DNA of 64,000 nucleotides, taken from an uncultured virus (IMG/VR IMGVR_UViG_3300042922_000636). Lineage: Duplodnaviria > Heunggongvirae > Uroviricota > Caudoviricetes. The stretch is from IMG/VR virus record IMGVR_UViG_3300042922_000636. One strand, given 5' to 3'. The translations under genes and the position numbers were made by a program. Under the pieces are notes generated by a model. It searched no databases, was not told where the DNA came from, and saw only the letters and a program-made list of their open reading frames with translations. Shown here in pieces: positions 45,496 to 54,318 of the stretch (positions are counted from its first letter, which is position 1; each line of letters opens with the position of its first letter).

Positions 45496-45797
45496 GCGAA
45501 GCACACGCCAGAAACTCCGACCCGGTCACCTCCCACGAAGCGGCCGACGCGGCATCGCATCTGCTGTGGCCCTCACACCGTCTCGTGGAACGCATCCTCC
45601 GCGACCACCCGGACGGCATGACCGCGAAGGAACTCGAGCAGGCCGCGATCTTCCAGTACGGGTGGAAGCACTCGGAGTCGCGCATCAGGTCCGCGCCTGC
45701 CGAGATGAAGGAAGAGGGTCTGACGTTCGTCGCCGAGCTCGTCCGGCGCCCCGGAGACTCCCGCCGCCGGCAGCTGTGGAAGCTGGTGGACGCGTGA
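45492..45797 (+). CDS. wHTH-like hypothetical protein
   Basis: ARNSDPVTSHEAA motif. Confidence 0.75.
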   Translation: MSEAHARNSDPVTSHEAADAASHLLWPSHRLVERILRDHPDGMTAKELEQAAIFQYGWKHSESRIRSAPAEMKEEGLTFVAELVRRPGDSRRRQLWKLVDA

Positions 45798-46084
45798 AGA
45801 TCTCATCGCCCCTGTTCAGCCCCGAACCGAACAGCCCCGCCCCCGAGTGGACGGGCACCATGCCCCTCATCACGCCCGAGCCGTGGGCGCAGGACGCACT
45901 CTGCGCTCAGGTGGACCCGAACACGTTCTTCCCCGACAAGGGCGATACCGAGACGACGAAGCGGGCGAAGGCCGTCTGCGCACGGTGCAACGTCGTCGAG
46001 CAGTGCCTCGAGTACGCGCTGCGCACGAATCAGCGTCACGGCGTCTGGGGCGGACAGTCCATCGCCGTGCGGAGGAACGGCTGA
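45794..46084 (+). CDS. whiB: WhiB-family transcription factor
   Basis: W..DALCAQVDP..FFP...AK.VC.RC.V...CLEYAL....GVWGG. Confidence 0.92.
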   Translation: MKISSPLFSPEPNSPAPEWTGTMPLITPEPWAQDALCAQVDPNTFFPDKGDTETTKRAKAVCARCNVVEQCLEYALRTNQRHGVWGGQSIAVRRNG

Positions 46085-46521
46085 TGGCCGCGCCGACGGC
46101 GGCTGTGCGCCGCGACATGTACGTCCGCGACAATGGGCAGTGCTACACCTGCGGAGCGGTCGACGGCCTCTCCTTCCAGCACCGACGCGCGGACGGCATG
46201 GGGGGCTCGAAGATACAGCCCGGCGTGCCGGACGGTGTGACCGCCTGCGTCATCTGCAACGGCCGGTACGAGACCGACCTGCAGACGATCGCGCTCGGGT
46301 ACGGGTGGAAGGTCCGCAAGTGGGCCGACCCGCTGATGGTGCCGGCGTTCCACGCCCCGTCGTTCACCTGGTACCGGTTCGAGGGCATCTTCCGCCACGT
46401 CGTGACCGCGGTCGTCGCGTGGGACATGATGCACGCCGTCTACGGGGAGCAGTACCTCGGGTGGCGAGCCGAAGCCGACGACACCCTCCGCGCCCGCGTC
46501 CTCTACGAGCGGGGGACCTGA
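46084..46521 (+). CDS. HNH-like protein
   Basis: RD..CYTC...QHRR..GMGG....ACVICN; related to 9057..9461. Confidence 0.75.
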   Translation: MAAPTAAVRRDMYVRDNGQCYTCGAVDGLSFQHRRADGMGGSKIQPGVPDGVTACVICNGRYETDLQTIALGYGWKVRKWADPLMVPAFHAPSFTWYRFEGIFRHVVTAVVAWDMMHAVYGEQYLGWRAEADDTLRARVLYERGT

Positions 46522-47213
46522 TGCGTATTCGAGGAACGAAGCCGGAGTTCTGGCGATCGAAGCGCATCGCGTCGGTCTCCTGGGACGCGCGGCTCGTGCT
46601 GAAAGCGCTCGAGTCCTACGTCGATGACAACGGCGTGGGTGAGGACGACGTCAACGTCATCGTCGGCGACTGCTTCCTCCACGACCTCATTCGCGAGCCC
46701 TCGCGAACCCTCGCGAGGGTGTCCGAAGCGATTTCCGAGCTCGAAACGACCGGATTGATGTGGCGATACGGCGCGAACGGCAAGCGGCTGCTCTTCATCT
46801 CCTTCTGGGAGACCGTGCAGCGAGTCGATAAGCCTCAGCCCGGAAGAAACCCCAGGCCAGACGGGACTATGAACTACAAGGACTCGGTCATTCGCGAGTC
46901 GAACGGGAGTCCTCGCGAAGCCTCGCGAACCCTCGCGCCTGTAACAGGGGAACAGGGGAACAGAGGAACAGAGGAACAGGGGGGGTCACGCGACGAAACG
47001 TCGCCCCCCACCCCCACATGCCGAAGACACCCGGACGGCACCGACTCCCCCTGCGCAGCGTGCAAGAAGGCGCGGCAGGACTGGGAAGCCACCCAGCCGA
47101 AGAAGACGACCCCGATCCCCGCTCGCATCACTGACACCTCTGGCATGTGCGACATCCATTCCGGGTATCCGCTGCCGTGCCATCGGTGCGAGAACGAAAG
47201 CGAGGCGGCATGA
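46521..47213 (+). CDS. Replication initiator
   Basis: RIR..KPEFW.S...YVDDNG; internal iterons. Confidence 0.85.
   Translation: MRIRGTKPEFWRSKRIASVSWDARLVLKALESYVDDNGVGEDDVNVIVGDCFLHDLIREPSRTLARVSEAISELETTGLMWRYGANGKRLLFISFWETVQRVDKPQPGRNPRPDGTMNYKDSVIRESNGSPREASRTLAPVTGEQGNRGTEEQGGSRDETSPPTPTCRRHPDGTDSPCAACKKARQDWEATQPKKTTPIPARITDTSGMCDIHSGYPLPCHRCENESEAA
46691..46982. repeat. Putative origin: TCGCGA iterons plus (AACAGRGG)x5
   Basis: TCGCGA at 46691/46701/46711 and 46892/46913/46923; 8-bp tandem at 46943-46982. Confidence 0.7.
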
Positions 47214-47341
47214 CTCCGGCCATGGCCTTCGCCGAGTTCCTCGACCGCTGCTGCCAGCGATACGTGAAGCAACCCTCCTACCGGCGGACGCTCGAGAACG
47301 AGCGACCCGACCACCGACCCGTCAAACGAAAGGCGGCCTGA
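47210..47341 (+). CDS. Hypothetical 43-aa protein
   Basis: Coupled. Confidence 0.5.
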   Translation: MTPAMAFAEFLDRCCQRYVKQPSYRRTLENERPDHRPVKRKAA

Positions 47342-47343
47342 CT

Positions 47344-47847
47344 ATGGCTGGCGAAACGATCATCACCGTCGTGGGGAACCTCACGGCCGACCCCGAGTTG
47401 CGGTACACGCAGAACGGACTGCCCGTCGCGAACTTCACCATCGCGTCAACCCCGCGGAACTTCGACAAGGCCTCCGGGGAGTACAAGGATGGCGACGCTC
47501 TCTTCCTCCGGGCGTCCGTGTGGCGTGAGTTCGCCGAGCACGTGGCCGGGTCGCTGACGAAGGGGTCCCGCGTCATCGCGACCGGTCGCCTCAAGCAGCG
47601 CACCTACCAGGACCGCGAAGGGCAGAACCGGACTGCCATCGAGCTCGAGGTCGACGAGATCGGCCCGAGCCTCCGCTACGCCACCGCGCAGGTCACCCGC
47701 GCCGCCGGCGGCACCGGTGGAACGTCCGCTCCCACGGCTCAGACCACCGCGGACGAGCCCTGGGCCACCCCGGGCGCCACCGCGAGCACGAGCGCGAACG
47801 ACACCTGGAACGGAGGCGGGACCTATGGAGACGACACCCCGTTCTGA
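47344..47847 (+). CDS. ssb: Single-stranded DNA-binding protein
   Basis: Canonical actinobacterial SSB; DDTPF tail. Confidence 0.97.
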   Translation: MAGETIITVVGNLTADPELRYTQNGLPVANFTIASTPRNFDKASGEYKDGDALFLRASVWREFAEHVAGSLTKGSRVIATGRLKQRTYQDREGQNRTAIELEVDEIGPSLRYATAQVTRAAGGTGGTSAPTAQTTADEPWATPGATASTSANDTWNGGGTYGDDTPF

Positions 47848-47872
47848 CCACTCCACCCCCCGAGGGAACACC

Positions 47873-48643
47873 ATGCTCGAAACACTCATGCCCTGCGCGA
47901 ACGGATGCGCGCGCGCCGACGGCGCCCCGTACGCCGCCCGCCACGGCCGCTACTGCAACCGCTGCTGGGGACGCATCGACATCCCCCTCGGCATCGCCGG
48001 CGAACTCACCCACCACCTCCTCGGCAACGCGCTCAGCAGCAGCGGCAGCACCGACGACCGGGTCGACACGTCCAAGGACGCACCCGTCCCGTTCAACCAG
48101 GCCGCGTTCGACGACGCGAACGAGCTCTACGCGGGCATCGTCCACACCGTCGCCGTCTGGGCCGTGAACCTGGGACAGCAGGCGCCGCAGATCGACGCCT
48201 GGCGCAACGAACGAGGAACGGCCGTCGGACTCCCCACCGGGCTCACCCCGAAGGCTGCAGGGAACGTCGTGGCGGCCCTGGCGACGTGGATCCGGGTCCG
48301 CCTCGACGACATCCTCGACTCGGCGCACAGAGACGACATCGAAGCCCTCACCGAGACCGTCGGCGAGTTCTGGAAGATGAACGCCCGTTGGCCTCGAGTG
48401 GAGCGCGCCGACTACTCGTCGATGCCCTGCCCGATCGAGGACTGCAAGCGACGCATCGCGGTCTACCCGCCCGCGTTCGCTGGCGACACCCGCCGCATTG
48501 TCTGCACCGCTGGCCACTGGTTCCCGGAGGAGGAGTACGAGCACCTCATCCTCGTCTTCCAGCAGCAGGCGAAGGGCCAGAAGAAGACGAACCGGGTCGC
48601 GGCACACCTCGCGAAGAAGTTCGGGATCGGAGCCACGGCATGA
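47873..48643 (+). CDS. Zinc-binding phage protein, possible late regulator
   Basis: CANGC..CNRC N-terminus; CPIEDC..CTAGH C-terminus. Confidence 0.75.
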   Translation: MLETLMPCANGCARADGAPYAARHGRYCNRCWGRIDIPLGIAGELTHHLLGNALSSSGSTDDRVDTSKDAPVPFNQAAFDDANELYAGIVHTVAVWAVNLGQQAPQIDAWRNERGTAVGLPTGLTPKAAGNVVAALATWIRVRLDDILDSAHRDDIEALTETVGEFWKMNARWPRVERADYSSMPCPIEDCKRRIAVYPPAFAGDTRRIVCTAGHWFPEEEYEHLILVFQQQAKGQKKTNRVAAHLAKKFGIGATA

Positions 48644-48813
48644 CCGGTACTGCGGGCGCCCGCCTCACCAACGCTGAGCTCGACAACAAGGTCCGCTCAC
48701 TGGCCTCGGTCGGAGGCATCTACGAGGACGTCGCCCGGATCGTCGAGCACTACGAGCGCCCGCGGTGCACGGACGCTCATACCCCGGAACAACAGGATGG
48801 GACTACGCCATGA
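48640..48813 (+). CDS. Conserved phage protein
   Basis: Homologue of 9458..9598; ends in linker R0. Confidence 0.8.
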   Translation: MTGTAGARLTNAELDNKVRSLASVGGIYEDVARIVEHYERPRCTDAHTPEQQDGTTP

Positions 48814-50135
48814 GCCTCCGCAGTGGTGAGCTCTTCGCCGGCGTCGGTGGCCTTGGAATGGCGGTCGACGAGGTCTTCGGATCCGAACCCGCTTGGTTCG
48901 CCGAGTTCGACGCAGCACCGTCCAAGGTGCTCGCGCACCGCTACCCGCACGTCCCCAACTTCGGCGACGTGACGCAGCTGCGCGACGCCCCGAAGGTCGA
49001 CATCCTCGCCGGCGGTTTCCCCTGCCAGGACGTGTCCCTCGCCGGCGCACGCCGCGGCATGAAAGACGGCACCCGCTCCGGACTCTGGTCCGAGTACGCC
49101 CGCATCATCGACGAGGTCCGACCGGACTGGGTCGTCATCGAGAACGTGAGAGGACTGATCAGTGCCCGAGCCGATAGCGAGGTGGAACCCTGCCCGTGGT
49201 GTGTGGGAGACGGAGACGATGAGTATCATCTGCGGGCACTCGATGCCGTACTCGCCGACCTTTCCCGTCTCGGGTTCGATGCGGAGTGGACTGGCCTTCG
49301 AGCAGCAGACATCGGTGCCCCTCACGGACGATTCCGATTCTTCATCCTCGCCTGGCCGAACGAGCGCACTCTTCCCGACTCCCCAGGTGGCGGACGCAAC
49401 GGGTGGGCACGCGAGCCGATCCGGGAGCAGATCGAACGAACTACTTCTGCCGGGAGTGGCGGTGAGTCTCGCGCTCTGACGCTGCTGCCGACGCCTGTCG
49501 CGCAACCGTCGGGGAACACCCCTGAGGATCACCTCCGCAAGAAGCCGGGCCGGGAGGTGGTGACGGATCTCGCCATCATCGCCGAGAACGACCTGATCCG
49601 CACGGGCGGACGCTTGCTGCCGACCCCAGTCGTCACTGACGCGAAGGGCGCCAGAAACGCCACCTCCGGCCGGCGCGAAGGATCAGAGCATCACAGCGGC
49701 ACAACGCTGACCGACGCGGTGACCCTCATGCCCACCCCACGGGCCACGCGGGGCGGGTCGGCGACCGAGATGGCGTACGCGATGGGCGGAGAACGGTCCG
49801 ACGACGAACGCCCACAGGGTGTCGTCGTTCCCGGCACCGACTGGGGACCCTACGCGGCTGCGGTGAAGCGCTGGGAGGTCGGGACCGGACGCTCGGCTCC
49901 TTCGCCCGTTCGCAACGACGGGAAGGGTGGGAAGCCCCGCCTGAACCCCGAGCTGCCCGAGTGGATGATGGGCTGGCCCGCAGGCTGGGTGACCGACATG
50001 GCGATCGGTTTGACCCGCGCCGAGCAGCTCAAGGCCGCCGGGAACGGCGTCGTCCCGCAGCAGGCTGCCGCCGCGCTGCGCATTCTTCTCGCCCGCCCGG
50101 GCGTACCCGCTATCCGAGAGGAGCAAACAGCATGA
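48810..50135 (+). CDS. DNA (cytosine-5) methyltransferase
   Basis: LFAGVGG, GFPCQD, ENV, HGRFRFFI, EWMMGWP.GW and GNGVVPQ motifs. Confidence 0.93.
   Translation: MSLRSGELFAGVGGLGMAVDEVFGSEPAWFAEFDAAPSKVLAHRYPHVPNFGDVTQLRDAPKVDILAGGFPCQDVSLAGARRGMKDGTRSGLWSEYARIIDEVRPDWVVIENVRGLISARADSEVEPCPWCVGDGDDEYHLRALDAVLADLSRLGFDAEWTGLRAADIGAPHGRFRFFILAWPNERTLPDSPGGGRNGWAREPIREQIERTTSAGSGGESRALTLLPTPVAQPSGNTPEDHLRKKPGREVVTDLAIIAENDLIRTGGRLLPTPVVTDAKGARNATSGRREGSEHHSGTTLTDAVTLMPTPRATRGGSATEMAYAMGGERSDDERPQGVVVPGTDWGPYAAAVKRWEVGTGRSAPSPVRNDGKGGKPRLNPELPEWMMGWPAGWVTDMAIGLTRAEQLKAAGNGVVPQQAAAALRILLARPGVPAIREEQTA
49162..49479 (+). CDS. Overprinted +1-frame ORF inside the C5 methyltransferase
   Basis: AGAGGA RBS; MPEPIARWNPARGVWET...; contains an LFPTP module. 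Confidence 0.5.
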   Translation: MPEPIARWNPARGVWETETMSIICGHSMPYSPTFPVSGSMRSGLAFEQQTSVPLTDDSDSSSSPGRTSALFPTPQVADATGGHASRSGSRSNELLLPGVAVSLAL

Positions 50136-50299
50136 CCGTATCCATCCGTGATTTCGATGCCGCAGTTCAGACGTTCAAGGCCGCTTGGGAAGCGGCGGAC
50201 CAGGCAGGTCTTGTCGGTCACCGAGTCCAGTCCGGCGTGCAGGCGCTCATCAACGCCGGGTGGGGCCCCCATAGCCCGAATCAGGAGAACAGGAGTTAG
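50132..50299 (+). CDS. Hypothetical protein
   Basis: Ends in linker R1. Confidence 0.65.
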   Translation: MTVSIRDFDAAVQTFKAAWEAADQAGLVGHRVQSGVQALINAGWGPHSPNQENRS

Positions 50300-50301
50300 T
50301 C

Positions 50302-50547
50302 ATGGCAGTCATCGAAATCCAGACCATCGAGGGCGGGCGGCTGACTTGGGTCGGAATCTACCGCGACTCGAACAAGGCGCGCGCGATCGGGTGGGGAAAC
50401 ACGCTCATCAATGGGTTCGCGCGCTCCCACGAGCACCACGAACCCAACCTCCGCATCCTCGACAAGCCCGCGAGCGAGGGCGGAATCGTCATCGGCGCAT
50501 GGCAGTCGGAGGGCTACGAGTCCAGTGCACAGGGAGGCACAACATGA
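50302..50547 (+). CDS. Hypothetical protein
   Basis: Lies between linkers R1 and R2. Confidence 0.7.
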   Translation: MAVIEIQTIEGGRLTWVGIYRDSNKARAIGWGNTLINGFARSHEHHEPNLRILDKPASEGGIVIGAWQSEGYESSAQGGTT

Positions 50548-50942
50548 GCACCGCAGACGAAGCACTCGACGAAGCGGGCAAGACCGTCGAGGACTACGCG
50601 GCACTCGACCGAGCGATCGGGTCCGTGCTGTTCAATGTCTCGAACTTCCCGGAACGAGCGCAGGCCCGGCTTCTCGGGCAGAACATGCGTCCCCTGAACG
50701 AGAAGCTGGCAGACGCGATCCTCGCTGCGGGTTTCCGGCGCCCGTCCCCACCCACCGACAAGCAGCTTGAGGCGGCGGCGAAGGCGCTGTGGGTCGCTCA
50801 GCAGGATGTCGCGGGCTGGGCGCGTCAGGTGGTCGACGATGTGTTCTCGCCGGCCGACGACTGGCCGGACGAAGCACTGCGCTGCTACGAGCAGGCGCAG
50901 GAAGCGTTCGCGGCTGCTGCTCGGGTTGGGGGTGCGGCATGA
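50544..50942 (+). CDS. Conserved phage protein
   Basis: N-terminus homologous to 15584..15820. Confidence 0.8.
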   Translation: MSTADEALDEAGKTVEDYAALDRAIGSVLFNVSNFPERAQARLLGQNMRPLNEKLADAILAAGFRRPSPPTDKQLEAAAKALWVAQQDVAGWARQVVDDVFSPADDWPDEALRCYEQAQEAFAAAARVGGAA

Positions 50943-51241
50943 GCGACTACACGCCCACGACCGAGCAACTGCGCGACAAGTACGCCCAGCACGCTCTCAC
51001 ATCACGTGGATGGCCCGGCGGCTGGGTCGGCGAACGCGTGGACCGAGAAGCGCGGGAAGAGTTCGATCGATGGCTGGCAGAGCACGACGCGCAGGTCCGC
51101 GCCGACGCGCTCCGAGAAGCAGCAGCTGGGCTTGTGGAATCCGGCTGGATCGAGCGCGAAGAAGCCCGCATGGCGAGTTCGTGGCTGACCGCCGAAGCCG
51201 AGAAGCAGGCCCCAGATCACACGAATGGGAGTACGCGATGA
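50939..51241 (+). CDS. Hypothetical protein
   Basis: YTPTTE...EFDRWLAEHDA.VRA..LREAA motif; ends in R3. Confidence 0.75.
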   Translation: MSDYTPTTEQLRDKYAQHALTSRGWPGGWVGERVDREAREEFDRWLAEHDAQVRADALREAAAGLVESGWIEREEARMASSWLTAEAEKQAPDHTNGSTR

Positions 51242-51483
51242 AGGCAGTGCAGCTCGCCAAGAACCCGATGGACATCGTTCCCAGCGAGGTCATGCGCCTG
51301 CTCGCGACGCCCGAGGGGAAGACGTTCGGCTACGGCTACGGCCCCGGCTGGTCGCTCATGTTCGGCAGCGAGCACGGCGACATCCAGGTCGAGCCGGGTG
51401 AATGGGTGGTCCGCCACTCGAACGGCGCGATCACAGTTCAGGCAGTAGCGCCCGAGCCGACCGGGGAGGAGAACCATGTCTGA
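51238..51483 (+). CDS. Hypothetical protein
   Basis: PGEWVVR..NG; ends in R4. Confidence 0.7.
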   Translation: MKAVQLAKNPMDIVPSEVMRLLATPEGKTFGYGYGPGWSLMFGSEHGDIQVEPGEWVVRHSNGAITVQAVAPEPTGEENHV

Positions 51484-51658
51484 TCCGATCTTGCTGGAGA
51501 ACGAACGACGCGCGCTCGCGACCGTCATCCGCGATCACTTCTACGCGACCGGCAACGAGATGACCATCGAGTCGACCGCCGACGCAGTGCTCGCCGCCGG
51601 TTTCCATCTGCGCGACCTTGATCCCCCCGAGCCGACCGGGGAGGAGAACCATGCCTGA
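51476..51658 (+). CDS. 60-aa hypothetical protein flanked by 28-bp direct repeats
   Basis: GGAGGA RBS; ADAVLAAGF motif. Confidence 0.7.
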   Translation: MSDPILLENERRALATVIRDHFYATGNEMTIESTADAVLAAGFHLRDLDPPEPTGEENHA

Positions 51659-52028
51659 ACGCGCACCAGTACAGCCGGGACCGCTAGGGCCCGCCGGAAC
51701 GATCGCTTGGGACGAGCACGTGCGCGTGTGGAAGGCCTATCACGAGCGCTACCGCAACGATCAGAGCGCCGAGCGCATCGCCGAGCGCGGCGGCTTCGGA
51801 CACAGCGAGATCCTGCAGTTGACCGGAGGGCTCGCGCAGACCTTCACCCGCACCTACACCGGCCACGGACAAGGTGCGGTCCACTGGATCGGCGACGCGC
51901 CCACCAGCCTGCACGGCAACGGCGCATCGTCGTTCCGTCACACCTCGCGAGATGCGACCGAGGTGACATGCAAGCTATGCCTGGCACTGCTCGCTCGTCA
52001 CCATTCGACCGATCCGGGAGGCGGGTGA
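51651..52028 (+). CDS. Hypothetical protein
   Basis: QSAERIAERGGF motif; ends in R5. Confidence 0.7.
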   Translation: MPERAPVQPGPLGPAGTIAWDEHVRVWKAYHERYRNDQSAERIAERGGFGHSEILQLTGGLAQTFTRTYTGHGQGAVHWIGDAPTSLHGNGASSFRHTSRDATEVTCKLCLALLARHHSTDPGGG

Positions 52029-52252
52029 TGCGCTGCGACGAGGGGAAGACCCGCTACGCCACTCACCACGAAGCCATCAAGACGATCATCGCGTGGTCCT
52101 GGCACTACGCCTGGAAGAAGCGCCCCGGTCGCACCCCGAGCCGCGCCTACATGTGCCCGTTCTGTGGCACCTGGCACATCACCAGCCAGCGCAGGCGCGG
52201 CCGGCCCCAGAGGAACATCGACGAGCCGAAGGACGTGACACCCCAGTGCTGA
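52028..52252 (+). CDS. Small zinc-binding protein
   Basis: C..GK.RY...RAY.CPFC..WHITS. Confidence 0.7.
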   Translation: MRCDEGKTRYATHHEAIKTIIAWSWHYAWKKRPGRTPSRAYMCPFCGTWHITSQRRRGRPQRNIDEPKDVTPQC

Positions 52253-53061
52253 ACGACGAGTGGCACACCGCCATCCGCGGATTCCTCCGCACCGAGAGAG
52301 CCGGCGGCAAGCCTGAGACGACCGTGACCGCTCGCCGGTACCACCTGCAGCATCTCGCGAGACGGACAGACCTCGGCCCATACGAGCTCACGTCCGACGA
52401 CCTGCTCGAGTACACGGCCGAGCAGCCGTGGGGACAGGACACCCGGCGCGGACGCCGCACGACGCTGGTCCGGTTCTACGAGTGGGCGATCGCGCAAGGG
52501 CACACCGACGAGAACCCCGCCCTGGCGCTCCCGAAAGTGCGGATGCAGGCCGCAGTCGCCCGGCCCTGCCCCGAGCCCGTGTACCGCACCGCCCTGGCCC
52601 GCGCCGACGCCCGCGAACAGATCATGCTGCGCCTCGCCGGCGACGTCGGACTCAGGCGAGCCGAGATCGCCCAGATCCACACGGACGACCTCATGCATGA
52701 TCCGGACGGCTGGACTCTCGTCGTGCACGGGAAGGGGAACAAGGACCGTGTGGTGCCCGTCCCGAACGACCTCGGCTCGGCACTGGGAGACAAGCCCCGC
52801 GGCTACGTCTTCCCCGGCGACGAACAGGGACACCTCGCAGCACGCACAGTCGGCGTCCTCGTCCGAGACCTACTCCCCGGCGTCTACACCTGCCACCAGC
52901 TGCGGCACATGTTCGCGACCAAGCTCTACGCCCGCACCCAGGACATCCTGCTCGTCCAAGCGATGCTCGGTCACGCCTCAGTGGGGACAACGCAGCGGTA
53001 CGTCGCCTTCGACCGGGGAACCATGCGAGCCGCCGTCCAAGCCATGTCCGACGCCGCCTGA
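52246..53061 (+). CDS. Tyrosine recombinase (second family)
   Basis: Homologue of 15810..16625 with intact catalytic motifs. Confidence 0.93.
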   Translation: MLNDEWHTAIRGFLRTERAGGKPETTVTARRYHLQHLARRTDLGPYELTSDDLLEYTAEQPWGQDTRRGRRTTLVRFYEWAIAQGHTDENPALALPKVRMQAAVARPCPEPVYRTALARADAREQIMLRLAGDVGLRRAEIAQIHTDDLMHDPDGWTLVVHGKGNKDRVVPVPNDLGSALGDKPRGYVFPGDEQGHLAARTVGVLVRDLLPGVYTCHQLRHMFATKLYARTQDILLVQAMLGHASVGTTQRYVAFDRGTMRAAVQAMSDAA

Positions 53062-53169
53062 CCTGGATCGTGTTTCCAGCCACAGGTGCGGGGGCGCCTC
53101 GATAGAATTGAGAGACCCCCGCACCTGCTGGTAACAGGCCGGGGGCATGACCGACCGGAAGGGGTCGAT

Positions 53170-53646
53170 ATGAACCATGCTACTGAGTGCACGAACGTCA
53201 ACGAGCAGGGCGAGGATTGCCACCGCCCCCTCGACGTAGGGTCGCCCGTATCTCTCTGCCGCATCCACCTCGTCCTCGCGGCGCAATACATCGTCGACAT
53301 GCAGCGGGCGCGGAAGGAAGCCGCACGGAAGACTCCGGTCGGACGCCCGAAGCTGGGACGCCCGCAGGTCGTCTACTACCTGCGCCTCGGGAACCGCATC
53401 AAGATCGGCACATCGACGAACCTCCCGACGCGTCTCCTCGCTCTACCCCACGACGAGGTACTGGCGGTCGAGCCCGGCGGCAACGCAGTAGAGCACAACC
53501 GCCACCTCCAGTTCGCGAAGCACCGCAAGACCGGTGAGTGGTTCGCAAGTAGCCCTGAACTCCGAGAGCACATCGCGTCCGTCCGCCGTACCCACGGGGA
53601 ACCGATGCGCGTGTGGGAGCAGGTGAAAGCCAACACGCCAGGTTAG
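53170..53646 (+). CDS. GIY-YIG/T5orf172-family protein
   Basis: VVYYL....IKIGTS.N...R...EPGG...E...H.QF......GEWF. Confidence 0.8.
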   Translation: MNHATECTNVNEQGEDCHRPLDVGSPVSLCRIHLVLAAQYIVDMQRARKEAARKTPVGRPKLGRPQVVYYLRLGNRIKIGTSTNLPTRLLALPHDEVLAVEPGGNAVEHNRHLQFAKHRKTGEWFASSPELREHIASVRRTHGEPMRVWEQVKANTPG

Positions 53647-53841
53647 GGCGACCTTGCTTGACGCGGGACCTGCGCGATCTGTGTATGATTGTCGTGTCAG
53701 GTCGCGCCCACCACGGGTAGCGACCTCTTCTGCTTCCAGAGCCCCGCACACCACCACGTGCGGGGCTCTCCCCATTCCCCCAGCAAGAGGCCAGGCGCCC
53801 AGCTGAACGCGTACAGGCGACGCACTGATGAGGTGATCCCC

Positions 53842-54318
53842 GTGACACGAGGGAAAACATTCGATCAGGGCGAACGCGCACGCGAACTGTTCGACCAGGG
53901 GAAGTCGTGCAACGCCATCGCGAAGGAACTCGACGTCGCGCCGTCCACGATCAGCAACTGGGCGAAGCGTGAGGGTCTCTCGTTCGAGCGTGCGCAGACG
54001 GCGAAGGCTGTCACTGCGCACCGCATCGATCGGGCTGCTGCACGTGCGGACATCATCGACCGGTTGTACAAGCGTTCTCAGGCGATCCTGGACCGGCTTG
54101 AGGCCGACGTGTACGTGTACTACATCGCGGTCCCTGGTGAGGGCATGGAGCGTGTCGAGGACGACAACCCGCCGGCGATCGACGAGAAGAACCTTGCGTC
54201 GGCGATCGGGATCTACGTCGACAAGGCTTCCCGCCTCGAGCTCGTCGATGGTGATGCCGGTGAGGAATCGGCGCGGAGCATGCTGGCTGAACTCGGGACG
54301 TTCCTGGGTGTGTCGTGA
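53842..54318 (+). CDS. Terminase small subunit (HTH)
   Basis: GKSCNAIAKELDVAPSTISNWA; precedes TerL. Confidence 0.8.
   Translation: MTRGKTFDQGERARELFDQGKSCNAIAKELDVAPSTISNWAKREGLSFERAQTAKAVTAHRIDRAAARADIIDRLYKRSQAILDRLEADVYVYYIAVPGEGMERVEDDNPPAIDEKNLASAIGIYVDKASRLELVDGDAGEESARSMLAELGTFLGVS

Noticed and set aside
51451..51653. CRISPR-like array
   Set aside because: Only two repeats around a coding gene; no cas genes and no regular spacers anywhere in the window.
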